From Candidatus Altimarinota bacterium (GTDB taxonomy: Bacteria; Patescibacteriota; Gracilibacteria; CAIRYL01), in assembly GCA_965250085.1 (NCBI GenBank), contig OZ252287.1, positions 736,001 to 800,000 of the forward strand: a DNA stretch of 64,000 nucleotides, read 5' to 3'. The position numbers and the translations under genes were made by a program. Within the stretch, counting starts at the first letter, position 1. The number at the start of each line of letters is the position of its first letter. The notes under the pieces were generated by a model. It was not told the DNA's origin. It made no database searches and saw only the letters and a program-made list of their open reading frames with translations. Positions 50,340-59,860 of the stretch are shown here, one piece after another.

Positions 50340-51244
50340 TAGCTAACTCAAAATAAATTGATCTAAAATAATGCATGAGAAAAGAGATCAGAAACGGAAC
50401 ATCGTTTCTGTTTTCTGACAGCTTTTGCTTGACCCCATTTATGTTCAATAGGATTGAGGTCGGGAGAATAGGGAGGGAGATAAAGAAGGGTGTGCTCTGC
50501 ATCCTCAAGAGCTTGTTTCATGTCTAAACGTTTGTGGAACATGGCGTTGTCCATGACGACCACAGAGTTAGGAGGAAGCTGTGGTATGAGATCTTCAGTA
50601 AGCCAGGCATAAAAGACATCTGAGTCAATGTTACAGTCAAAAAGGCAAACAGTGAGCAAATGGTTGTTTATGATAGCTCCAATAACATTGACTCTCCCTC
50701 TGGCATGCCAATCTTGGACTCCGTAGCACCTTTCTCCTCTTGTGCTGTATCCATGAGTTCTCGGCATATCATGGGCGAAACCACTTTCATCAAGATACAC
50801 AATAACTCTTCCTTCTCTTGTATATTTTTCTATCTTCCTGAGAAATGCTCCCCTGAGTACTTCATCTGCTTTGGGATGATACAGAGTTTTTTTTATGACT
50901 GACTGCAAGCCTGCGTAAAGCATACAGAATGCCATTCGGACTCACTCCAAATTTTTTCGCTCTTTCCCATTGGTAATCATCTGGATATTGTTTCACATCC
51001 TTCTTTAATTTCTTCATATCTATTTTTGTTGCTGGCTTATTTCTTTTTAAACACGGTTCTATCCGCCTTGCCCATCGGAATAGCGATGCTATTCCCACTC
51101 CAAATCTTTTACTGGTTTCTAAGAATGTAAGTCCTTCCTTTCCTTTGATCTTCATTACTTGCTGACGAAATTTAAGTGGATATGACATATCGAATGGGTG
51201 AAAGAATATCACCCACAGTATATCATATTATCCTGAGTTAGCTA
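50340..51244 (-). mobile_element. IS630 family element (~905 bp)
   Basis: IR TAGCTAACTCA(AA/GG)ATAA flanked by TA on both sides. Confidence 0.88.
50363..51188 (-). CDS. IS630 transposase, two ORFs joined by -1 frameshift at A8 (50887-50894)
   Basis: HTH ORF MSYPLKFR plus DDE ORF (YLDESGF, VMDNA, LPPYSPDLNPIE); junction KKTL. Confidence 0.9.
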
Positions 51245-51287
51245 TAGATACGATCGAGATGCCAGAAATGAAGTGAACTTCTGAACA

Positions 51288-51482
51288 TCATTCCTGCTCT
51301 TCGTACGCTTTGTTCATATTCACCAGCAGGATGTTCAACATGTTTACCAAATCCTGATCATCATTTTTTTCATACTCCATTATCGTCCGGATTACTTCGT
51401 CGCGAAGTCTTAGCAGTAACTCTGTTCGTTCCTCAGATACAAGTTTTTTGAGTTCGGCGAGAGTGAACAGCTGATTTTTCAT
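51288..51482 (-). CDS. small hypothetical protein
   Basis: 64-aa helical ORF. Confidence 0.5.
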   Translation of the reverse strand: MKNQLFTLAELKKLVSEERTELLLRLRDEVIRTIMEYEKNDDQDLVNMLNILLVNMNKAYEEQE

Positions 51483-51540
51483 AATCTCGTGGAATACATC
51501 AAAACACTACGTATTTGGTTTTATACAGTCAATAAAACAA

Positions 51541-51824
51541 ATTTGAGCTTTATTCTAAAACCCCGAAAAGTGTCACTTTTTGTAACATTCAATCGAGAAA
51601 AGTAGCTGAAACAAGCCATTTTCATATTTTCTCTGAACAGCTATTTCTTAGAAAGAAACAACAGAATGCTATAAAGAAGTTTCAAAATTGCGAATTTTTG
51701 GCTTTTTGAAGTCAGAAAAACAGATTTGTGCTTTATCTAGAAACCCTGATAATTGTTCATTTTTGTACACCTGAATCAAAGAAAGTAGCTTAAATAAGCC
51801 ATTTTATATTTTCTCAAAAGAGCA
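51541..51824. repeat. two imperfect ~100-bp direct repeats
   Basis: ..GCTTTAT..AAACCC..TTTTTGTA..AAAGTAGCT.AAA.AAGCCATTTT.ATATTTTCTC at ~51541 and ~51724. Confidence 0.7.
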
Positions 51825-51967
51825 GATTTTTCTATTGTTTTACGAAAGAAAGCCAAAAAAACGGTGAAAAAGTGTGAAAACGGTGAAAAAATGTGTGATT
51901 TTTTGTGACGGGATTTTTCTAAAAAACCTATATTGATTGACTGATTTCCATCTTCACCTTTAAGGAA

Positions 51968-52354
51968 TCAGAAAGGCAGATCACCCTTCAAGTATTCTTT
52001 TGCACGATTGTAGTTCATGTCTGTATTGTCTTTCTTTTTGTAATAAATTTCGAGAAATTTAACTTTCATTTCTTTAGGATAGAATGCGTAGATTACTCTG
52101 ATCCCGCTTCTATTTCCTTTCCCTTTCAGAGATTTGCAGGCAAATTTTTTAATTTTGCAGATCTCAATTGTTTCGTAACAATACCCGGAGACTCTCTGAA
52201 CGCTGTGATTATCAATACCTTGAACATGGAAAAGTTCTATGGCATTTCTTTTCACAGTTTCTAAATCTTCTCCCAGAGTGGAGTATTTTTTGAGCAGCCG
52301 TTTCAGGTCTCGTTCAAACTCATGAGTCTGATTATACTGTATTTTCTTCTTCAT
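51968..52354 (-). CDS. RelE/ParE-like toxin
   Basis: EFERDLKRLLKKY..KGNRSGIRVIYA..LEIYYK; overlaps the antitoxin stop. Confidence 0.75.
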   Translation of the reverse strand: MKKKIQYNQTHEFERDLKRLLKKYSTLGEDLETVKRNAIELFHVQGIDNHSVQRVSGYCYETIEICKIKKFACKSLKGKGNRSGIRVIYAFYPKEMKVKFLEIYYKKKDNTDMNYNRAKEYLKGDLPF

Positions 52355-53108
52355 ATTGCCGTACTGAGGTTTGTGGAGTGCGATAGAAAACAGCCTCATA
52401 ATCAATAGGCTTTCCGTCTTCAGCTGTAATCCATGGCACGTCCTCGTGAGAAAGGTCACTCAACTCCTTTGCACTTTTTCCAGAGAGTCGACCTAAAACG
52501 TTATCTATATGTTTGATTTCTCTTGCTGAAAGAAAATCGATATTTGGTTTTTTGATTGGCAAGTATTTTGTTTGATCATATTTAAAATACTTTGTTTTTA
52601 CTTCTTCTATTTCTTCATCTGTAATCATTTCATCGACAATTTTACGAAACGCTATCGGAGTAGGACCGAGGCGATTTTTAATGTAAACAGCCCCAACCAG
52701 TTGCTCCTCAAACTTTTCGTAATAATCAAAGTCACAAAAATACAGCAATTTATAGAGAACAGTTTGTCCTATGTTCGGCAATGCTCCTACTTTCTGTGTT
52801 ATGTAGAGCAATACTTGCTTGAATTTTTCTACGTTTTCCTGGGGAACGCTAATTCGGATAGCTGCTTCTAGAGACTTTTTGTCCTTAGTCTTTTCTAAGT
52901 CAACTTCGTATTTCTCTTCTTTTTCGTTTAACAACGTTCCCAATGAGATATCAAAAATTGTAGCAAATTTCTTTGCTTCGGAAAGAGTCAACTCTCTTTC
53001 TCCAGAAAAAATCTTTCCAACAGTTGGTCGCGAAACCCCCAACTCTTGAGAAAGAAACTCCTGAGAGAAACCTTTCTTCTTGCGAAGTTTTTCTAAAAAT
53101 GTATCCAT
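52332..53108 (-). CDS. XRE-HTH plus DUF4065 (Panacea/SocA-like) antitoxin
   Basis: LRKKKGFSQEFLS; LYKLLYFCDF, GP, LSDLSHEDVPW. Confidence 0.85.
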   Translation of the reverse strand: MDTFLEKLRKKKGFSQEFLSQELGVSRPTVGKIFSGERELTLSEAKKFATIFDISLGTLLNEKEEKYEVDLEKTKDKKSLEAAIRISVPQENVEKFKQVLLYITQKVGALPNIGQTVLYKLLYFCDFDYYEKFEEQLVGAVYIKNRLGPTPIAFRKIVDEMITDEEIEEVKTKYFKYDQTKYLPIKKPNIDFLSAREIKHIDNVLGRLSGKSAKELSDLSHEDVPWITAEDGKPIDYEAVFYRTPQTSVRQYEEENTV

Positions 53109-53123
53109 TTGGCAAGGGTAAAT

Positions 53124-53360
53124 TTAGCCGCGAGGCGGGAATTTATCTCTACTACGAGGATAGGTATTCTTTTCATGGATTACGCCATCTCGACGCTGTA
53201 CCACCATCTCCAAACCTTGATTTTTTGCTACCTCACGAGCAACTTCTCTTGCGTCTTGCTTGTCCTCAATAACGCGAATTGCCCGCTCAGCTCCAGGTTT
53301 GTGAACTTTCCAGTCGCCATGACCGGCGGGTGAAACCCAAATTTGATTATTATTAGTCAT
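53124..53360 (-). CDS. DUF2188 family protein
   Basis: WKVHKPGAERA..A...AR..AKN..E.VVQRRDG.I...NTY..D.FPPRG. Confidence 0.85.
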   Translation of the reverse strand: MTNNNQIWVSPAGHGDWKVHKPGAERAIRVIEDKQDAREVAREVAKNQGLEMVVQRRDGVIHEKNTYPRSRDKFPPRG

Positions 53361-53382
53361 AAAAAATGTTAATTACATCCTC

Positions 53383-53435
53383 AGTTTATCGTTTGTAATT
53401 TTTTTTGTCAATAGCTTTGTAAAACTTTTTTACAA
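53383..53435 (-). promoter_or_regulatory. sigma70 promoter with adjacent palindromic operator
   Basis: TTGACA-N17-TAAACT (53411 to 53383); palindrome TTGTAAAA-nn(n)-TTTTACAA at ~53417-53434. Confidence 0.65.
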
Positions 53436-53735
53436 GAGACTTAAAAGACCCTACCAGAGATAGTGTTTAGAATCCAGAACGGCTAATCATTTAATAATCG
53501 GATTTTATAGCTTCACACCTGCAAAATCCCGCTTCACTGAATACGCTTTTTTTGAGAACTCTGAGAACCTCTGTACCAAAAGACCTGCACTTTTGCGGTT
53601 TTCCTGCATATACTGCATCAAGTGTTTAGCAACTGCATCCACTCCCGAGCCAATGCTATTTTATGGCTTTAAAGTAGACTAGACGAAAAATTAGCAGCAA
53701 CTGTGCTAAGTATTTTTGGGAGAAGTAATAATTTT

Positions 53736-54935
53736 TTATGTTATTTTCGTTAGTGGTATTTTTATACTTCCAGTACGTTTAAATAAGTGCTTTGATGTTT
53801 TTGGCGGAAAAAGATTTTTGCTCATCCCCATGACTACTACTTCACCTTTTGTTACATTCTCATTCTCTCTCCAAGAGGATACCTGTACTCCTTTGCTCTG
53901 ATAATCTACAAAATGAACAGGTATAGTGGAAAACGCCATTGCCTTCAAGATAGCATATCTATGATGCCCATCAAGAATAATAAGAGTTTTTTGATCAACA
54001 ACAATAGGTTCAACATACCCATTTATTTGAATATCTTTAGAAAGCTTATTGCAATATATTTTATCTATTTGTTCATGCTGTTTAAGTTTTTTTATAGGGA
54101 CTAATTCAACTTTTTTTTTAGATATATAGTGTATTTTTTTTTCTTGCTTTGAGAATAGTAATGAAGCATTTTTTAAATCAGTATCATTATCGATCTCATA
54201 CCATTGTATATCTTCAACCAAGTGCGCATAGATTCCTGTTGAAGATACTAAAGACTCAAAAGCTACTTCGTAATAATCATTTTTCCCATGATTGCTCATA
54301 TAACTTTCTAAAGTAGGTATAAAATATTTTTCAAAAAACTGCTTTTTAAACAAATATATATTAATAGTTTTATATTTATCTATAAAATAGTTTTTTGTTT
54401 TTTCTTGATTCTTTGAACCAATAAAACTTTTTATTTTGCTAGTTTTTTCATCCATTGTAATTACAGTTCCAGAAATAGCTTTGTCATATTTCGCTACCAA
54501 AACTAAATTCTGATGATTGGCATCCAAAAGAGGTGTTAACATTTCTTTTTCAAACACAAGATCTCCTTCAAGGCAGATAACATCATTTTTTATATAATCT
54601 TTTGTAAGCCACAAAGAATACATATTATTGGTTGAAGCGTGATCCTTATTGAGCACATACATTATTTTCATTCCTTTATAAAATTTTCCAATATGCTCCT
54701 TTATTTTTTCAGCTTTATGCCCCACCACAATTATTACTTCTTCAATTTTTTTTAATTCAGCAAGATGATTTAAAGCTCTTTTTATAATGGTTTCACCGCT
54801 AACCTCAACCATGACCTTGGGAATGTTCTCTGTCAGTGGCAGCAATCTGCTTCCACTTCCGGCTGCCAAAATTATAGCCTGCATTTTATTTGTTTTTTCT
54901 GTTGGCTTTCCTTTCTTTAAGTTGTGATTTGACAT
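53736..54935 (-). CDS. LicC-like cytidylyltransferase fused to ParB/Srx (SerK/SbnI-like) domain
   Basis: ILAAGSGSRL..PK, TNNMYSL, EGDL, WYEIDN; C-terminal LKQHEQ..ILDGHHR..VDY..W..FPPKTSKH. Confidence 0.8.
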   Translation of the reverse strand: MSNHNLKKGKPTEKTNKMQAIILAAGSGSRLLPLTENIPKVMVEVSGETIIKRALNHLAELKKIEEVIIVVGHKAEKIKEHIGKFYKGMKIMYVLNKDHASTNNMYSLWLTKDYIKNDVICLEGDLVFEKEMLTPLLDANHQNLVLVAKYDKAISGTVITMDEKTSKIKSFIGSKNQEKTKNYFIDKYKTINIYLFKKQFFEKYFIPTLESYMSNHGKNDYYEVAFESLVSSTGIYAHLVEDIQWYEIDNDTDLKNASLLFSKQEKKIHYISKKKVELVPIKKLKQHEQIDKIYCNKLSKDIQINGYVEPIVVDQKTLIILDGHHRYAILKAMAFSTIPVHFVDYQSKGVQVSSWRENENVTKGEVVVMGMSKNLFPPKTSKHLFKRTGSIKIPLTKIT

Positions 54936-54938
54936 AGG

Positions 54939-55526
54939 TTATATTAGTAAAGTAGTAACTAAAATAAGATTAATTATCATAATAAATATTATAAAATAAG
55001 TACTATATTCCTTCTTTATAAGAATGCTCGAAATCATCATAATGCCAAAGAATATGTATAAGATTGATAAATAAACCGGAACTATATTAAGGAGAATGGC
55101 CGTATAAATCAGATGCGAAGGAGGAGAAATACTGACTCCCTTTCTATAGCCTGAAGCTGTTTTTTCAGCATTGAACCTGGCAAGCCTATATATACCGCAA
55201 CCCGCCATGAACACTGATGATATTAGTAAAATATTATTATCAAAAACTATAGCAATAATGAATGGGGGCGCAATAAAAGCCATCACATCAACAAGGGAAT
55301 CTAAGTCTGTCCCAAGAGGAGAAAACATTTTAAATTTTCGTGCTACGTATCCATCTGCAATATCAAATACGTCTGTAATCGTTAAAAATATAATTGCTAT
55401 GATAATTTGATCATTCAAAATCAAATAAATTCCAATTAATGCGAATAGAAGCCCTCCAAAAGTTATCACATTTGGGATTGTTGCGTTGGGAAATCTTTTG
55501 TTGATTGGAAACAATAAACTTTTCAT
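54939..55526 (-). CDS. CDP-alcohol phosphatidyltransferase family
   Basis: PNVIT, DIADGYVAR..GTDLDSLVD, RLARFN. Confidence 0.9.
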   Translation of the reverse strand: MKSLLFPINKRFPNATIPNVITFGGLLFALIGIYLILNDQIIIAIIFLTITDVFDIADGYVARKFKMFSPLGTDLDSLVDVMAFIAPPFIIAIVFDNNILLISSVFMAGCGIYRLARFNAEKTASGYRKGVSISPPSHLIYTAILLNIVPVYLSILYIFFGIMMISSILIKKEYSTYFIIFIMIINLILVTTLLI

Positions 55527-55816
55527 ATTTCTTAAAAAATAGCCCTCCCTTATTAAAAAAATAAGGGCGCCAGCCATAGTAACACAATTGATGCCAAAAT
55601 GGGATGGTGATTCCCTACGGCAATAAAAAATTGAGGGTTGTGATGGAGCTTCGGCTTGAACCTGAAAACCACATTGTGAAGGCAATGCTGAAGAAGCATG
55701 TCTTTAATAATCCAAAAAAACTAGATCTCAGAAGGGAAATGCCTTGAATCTCTGGAAATGGGAGATCTTCTCATTCCATCTTTCTAAGCATTTAAGATGA
55801 CAAAGGCTCCGTTGTC

Positions 55817-56536
55817 CTACAATGAAAGAGAGCTCGCTATTTTTCCTATGAGGTATCCAACCACTGCTGCAGCACCCGCAAAGAGTGCCATCTCTATACC
55901 GGATTTCCACCATATGCGGCCGGTAAATTTTGTGATAAATGCTCCCAGAAGAAAAAGTCCGATCAGGGCACTTAAAAGTGACAATACGAGCGCATCCTCA
56001 AGGGAAGCAAGAAAAAGATAGGGAAGAAGGGGGATGGATCCTCCAAGGATATAAGAAATCCCCATGTATAAGCCATTTTTCCATGGGATTTCAAATTCAT
56101 CAGGAATGATTTTTAGCTCTCGAAATGCCATCTCTTTCAAAAAGAGATCTTGATTTTTGGAAGCTTCTTCCGCCATAGAGCCTGCGAGATCTTGAGGCCA
56201 GCCATCATGAACATACATGTCTCGAAGTTCTCGTATCTCTCCTAATAGATTTTTTTCGATTTCAATTTTTTCTTCTGCCATTTTTTTCTCCAATATTTCT
56301 TTTTCTGATTTGCTCGAAAGAAAAGACCCCACTCCCATAGAAATTGACTCAACAGCAATAATGACCAGTCCAGCGAGAATAACCGTAAAGTGATCCTGTG
56401 TTCCAGCAGCAATGCCAGTGATCACTCCTACAGTTGACACCATGCCATCTTCTACTCCAAAAACCACTTCTCGTATAAGAGAAGAGAGGTTTTTTCTCTC
56501 AGAATGATTATATTCTGACTGATATTCAGATGTCAT
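55817..56536 (-). CDS. VIT1/CCC1 family transporter
   Basis: REVVFGVEDG, SMGVG.FLS.KSE, GG.IPLLPY. Confidence 0.9.
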   Translation of the reverse strand: MTSEYQSEYNHSERKNLSSLIREVVFGVEDGMVSTVGVITGIAAGTQDHFTVILAGLVIIAVESISMGVGSFLSSKSEKEILEKKMAEEKIEIEKNLLGEIRELRDMYVHDGWPQDLAGSMAEEASKNQDLFLKEMAFRELKIIPDEFEIPWKNGLYMGISYILGGSIPLLPYLFLASLEDALVLSLLSALIGLFLLGAFITKFTGRIWWKSGIEMALFAGAAAVVGYLIGKIASSLSL

Positions 56537-56660
56537 AAAAATGGAAAGTTGCGCCAGCAAAGAGTACGACATTTCTCTTTTTTGGGAAAACAATATTTTG
56601 GGGACATATCTTACGACTTATTATTGCATGTGATATCATCTTTATGATTTTTAAAGACAC

Positions 56661-57635
56661 ATGTCTCTGCAATCTATTCATGAAAAAAACATTGTATTTT
56701 TGGAAGTAGAACCAGAGGATATGCAGATTCTACAAAAAGAATTTCCTGAAGCACAAATTGAGTCTGAACCGCTCTCAGAAGACAAAATCATACAAAAGTA
56801 TGCTGATGCTGAAATTATGTGTGTATTTATCTACTCTCAACTTACTTCAAATGTTATTGAGAACCTCCCGAACCTCAAATTGATTGTTACCAGATCCGTA
56901 GGATATGATCACATTGATCTTGAAGCAGCAGAAAAAAAGAATGTCGTTGTATGTAATGTTCCCAACTATGGAGCACATGTCATTGCCGAACATGTTTTTG
57001 CACTTCTTCTCTCGAGCGTACGATGTATCAAAGAGGGGGATGAACGGGTAGAAAAATGTTTTTTTGATTTTCATGGACTCAGAGGAGTCTCTCTCAAAGG
57101 AAAAACCCTGGGAATTATTGGAGCTGGAAAAATTGGGCAAAATGTTGCTCGTATTGCCTCTTTAGGATTTCTTATGGACGTCATCGTTTCTGATGCACAT
57201 CCAGATGAAGACATTGCTCGTGAATATCATTTCCAATATGTGTCTTTGGAGCAAGTATGGGAAAGAAGTGATTTTATTACCCTGCACGTCCCACTTATCC
57301 CCAGCACAAAACATATGATTAACTCTGAAACCATTGCCAAGATGAAAAATGGAGTCGTTATTATTAATACTGCCAGGGGTGGTATTATCGATACCAAGGC
57401 TCTCATTGCCGGTATTACCTCTGAAAAAATATCTCATGTGGCATTAGATGTTTTGGAGCACGAACAAAATATACAAGAAGATAAGGAGCTCATTTCATTG
57501 CCACAAGTAATCACCACTCCTCATATTGCTTTTTATGCTGATGATTCTATGAAAAAAATGTATGAAGAAGCATTTGTTTCTCTTCATCAATTTTTGGAAG
57601 GTCAGGATTTGAAATACCAGGTACAAGGGGTGTAG
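56661..57635 (+). CDS. D-2-hydroxyacid (D-lactate-like) dehydrogenase
   Basis: TRSVGYDHID, GIIGAGKIG, INTARG, ALDV, TPHIAF. Confidence 0.92.
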   Translation: MSLQSIHEKNIVFLEVEPEDMQILQKEFPEAQIESEPLSEDKIIQKYADAEIMCVFIYSQLTSNVIENLPNLKLIVTRSVGYDHIDLEAAEKKNVVVCNVPNYGAHVIAEHVFALLLSSVRCIKEGDERVEKCFFDFHGLRGVSLKGKTLGIIGAGKIGQNVARIASLGFLMDVIVSDAHPDEDIAREYHFQYVSLEQVWERSDFITLHVPLIPSTKHMINSETIAKMKNGVVIINTARGGIIDTKALIAGITSEKISHVALDVLEHEQNIQEDKELISLPQVITTPHIAFYADDSMKKMYEEAFVSLHQFLEGQDLKYQVQGV

Positions 57636-57892
57636 ATGCATACCACAATTGTCACTTGCAAAAAGTGTCACACTTTTTTCTTGTGTACGTATATTACAAA
57701 TGAGCACTCATGTGTTTTTTTTGTATATTACCTGCAGTCCATGGGATTTATTGCGTAAAAATATCAATGGGAATGTTCTTTAAAAAATAAAGAAGGAAAA
57801 AGATAATGGAGAGGGTTCTTTTCGCATGAAGGAGGAGAGAGCGGCAGGGGCTTTCTCTCCTTCAGTTGTAAAAAATGATATACTGCCCGCTG

Positions 57893-58438
57893 ATGAAATC
57901 CCAGCACTCTGAATTTATTGACCATTATCAGGAGTGGAAACACAAAGTGTTCAGCTTCTTTCTATACCGTCTTGGTGGAAAGAGGGAAGTGGCAGAAGAT
58001 CTCACCAGTGAGACATTTATAAAGGCATACGAACATTTTGAGGGATATGATCCTGCATACGCTTTCAGTACTTGGGTCTTCACCATCGCCAGAAACACAC
58101 TTATAGATCATTTTCGAAAAGAAAAACAAGTCTTGCCTCTGGAATTGATGCCAGATGAAAGTGATGAATCATTTGCAGAAGAGCAAATGCAGCGCGACGC
58201 AGACGGATCTTTCCAGAAAGAAAAATTATTAGTTGCTCTCAGTTCACTTCCAGATGTACAGCAAGAATGTATTACCCTCAAATATCTCAACCAGATGAGC
58301 ACAAAAGAAATTTCAAAAATAGTACATACTTCAGAAGCAAATGTTCGACAAACTCTCAGCAGAGGGATAAAAAAACTCAAAATATATTTTCAGGCATGTA
58401 TCGTTCTTTTTCTTTTCTTTTTCCATATTCTTTCTTGA
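57893..58438 (+). CDS. ECF RNA polymerase sigma factor
   Basis: AEDLTSETF, FSTWVFTIARN..IDHFRK, region 4 HTH. Confidence 0.92.
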   Translation: MKSQHSEFIDHYQEWKHKVFSFFLYRLGGKREVAEDLTSETFIKAYEHFEGYDPAYAFSTWVFTIARNTLIDHFRKEKQVLPLELMPDESDESFAEEQMQRDADGSFQKEKLLVALSSLPDVQQECITLKYLNQMSTKEISKIVHTSEANVRQTLSRGIKKLKIYFQACIVLFLFFFHILS

Positions 58439-59820
58439 TGAAAGATCCAAAAAATAATTTTCGGCTTCCAGTACAAAGACTCTCGTTTGTAGCAGATATG
58501 AAGATACGCTGGAAACTCTTTGTTCTTTCTTTTATCAAATCATTCTCCACATTTGGAAGATGGAAAGTGCTTATTCCTGTACTGCTTCTCACGGTCCTGC
58601 TTCCGCTGGGAAATATGGGGGTGGCGTCATATGTGTATAACAACGAACAGATTATCAGAGGAGATTTTTTATATGGATATAAGAGAAATCTTGAAAAGAA
58701 AAAACTTTACAAAAGAGAAATCCCTTCTGAAAAAGCTGAATACTACCTTGCCCTTTCTGAACGTCGTATACGAGAGGCAGAAGTTGCTCTTCAGAGGAAT
58801 GGGAGAAGCATAGCTGGTTTCCCAGGAATGACCGCTTCTAAAGTTCTTGTAAAAAACAGAGAATTCCCTGTTGTTGTATCCGATGATATTACGGCAGGCC
58901 TCGTGACCGAAAGCTCTCACTTTCTCTCTCTTTCCGTTGAAGAAGGAGGAAGGATTGTAGAAAATATTGAGAAAAGAGTGTTTTTGCAGCACCTCACAAG
59001 TCACTCCGAAAAAACAGAACAGTCTCTCAAAAAACTCAAGCATACGACATCCAAGCAAACAACAAGAGAAATTGCTGTATTAGCACAAAAAATTAACACC
59101 ATCTATCATCAGAACGCGCGAAACAATCTCGCATACGATTCTGATGATCTTCGACGTCTTCAGCCTATTTGGCTTAATGCTGAGGAAGGCGTCGTAGGAG
59201 ATAATCAAGAAATTGTGGAAGAATGGAAAAATCTCTCTGAGTCAAAAAGACAAAACGTTCATAAAAGACGAATCGCACTTTCAGACACAGATGATTCTTC
59301 CCTTTCTCAAGCCGACTCGACCACTCCTTCAGCAGCGCCAAGTTCCACTGCTCTCTTGAAAACGAGAGAAAATGAAGATCTCTCTGATGGCCGTGAAATT
59401 GGAGAATTTTCAAACAAAATAACAGGAGAACCAATTCTTTCTGAAACATTAGAGCCTGCAAGTGAAAGCCAAGGAAGGACAGAGGATGCTGAGCCAATGC
59501 TGATAGTAGAATTTGCAGAAGCAGAAGTAACAGATGATATATCTCCAGGATCCTTTGAATGGGCAGATGAATGGGAAGAACGATTTGCTGATCAGGATAA
59601 TTGGCAAGAGTTTTTGGAAGAAGACTTCGATAAAGAGGGAGAAACCCTGTGCTCTCAAGGAGAGCAATGGGCTATAAATGCTCAAGGTGAATGTAAAATA
59701 TTTCCAACTCCCTGCGATATTCCAGAAGATGAAGGTTGGGAGCTTGTAGAAACATGTGAAGGAGAAAAGAAAGATTCTCAAGATGAAGGTGGATTTTCTC
59801 ACGATGGCAGAGGGGAATAA
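58438..59820 (+). CDS. putative anti-sigma membrane protein (DUF5667-like)
   Basis: TGATG overlap with the sigma gene; one TM; GDFLYGYKRNLE..LSERRIRE. Confidence 0.6.
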   Translation: MKDPKNNFRLPVQRLSFVADMKIRWKLFVLSFIKSFSTFGRWKVLIPVLLLTVLLPLGNMGVASYVYNNEQIIRGDFLYGYKRNLEKKKLYKREIPSEKAEYYLALSERRIREAEVALQRNGRSIAGFPGMTASKVLVKNREFPVVVSDDITAGLVTESSHFLSLSVEEGGRIVENIEKRVFLQHLTSHSEKTEQSLKKLKHTTSKQTTREIAVLAQKINTIYHQNARNNLAYDSDDLRRLQPIWLNAEEGVVGDNQEIVEEWKNLSESKRQNVHKRRIALSDTDDSSLSQADSTTPSAAPSSTALLKTRENEDLSDGREIGEFSNKITGEPILSETLEPASESQGRTEDAEPMLIVEFAEAEVTDDISPGSFEWADEWEERFADQDNWQEFLEEDFDKEGETLCSQGEQWAINAQGECKIFPTPCDIPEDEGWELVETCEGEKKDSQDEGGFSHDGRGE

Positions 59821-59860
59821 AAAATTGAAATTCCCTTAAGTTCTGGTATAGTGCACTCGT

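Larger units (their letters stand above)
44262..53652. mobile_element. ~9.4 kb integrative island at tRNA-Gln 3' end
   Basis: 11-bp direct repeat CTCCCGAGCCA at 44262-44272 and 53642-53652; serine integrase at the left end; TA and IS cargo. Confidence 0.88.

Noticed and set aside
44262-53652. Prophage or conjugative element
   Set aside because: No structural, terminase, relaxase or T4SS genes are recognisable; only ~7 kb remains once the two IS are removed.
53736-54120. ParB partition protein of the island
   Set aside because: It lies outside attR, has no HTH or parA, is fused to a cytidylyltransferase and carries the SerK/SbnI-like PPKT..H ending.
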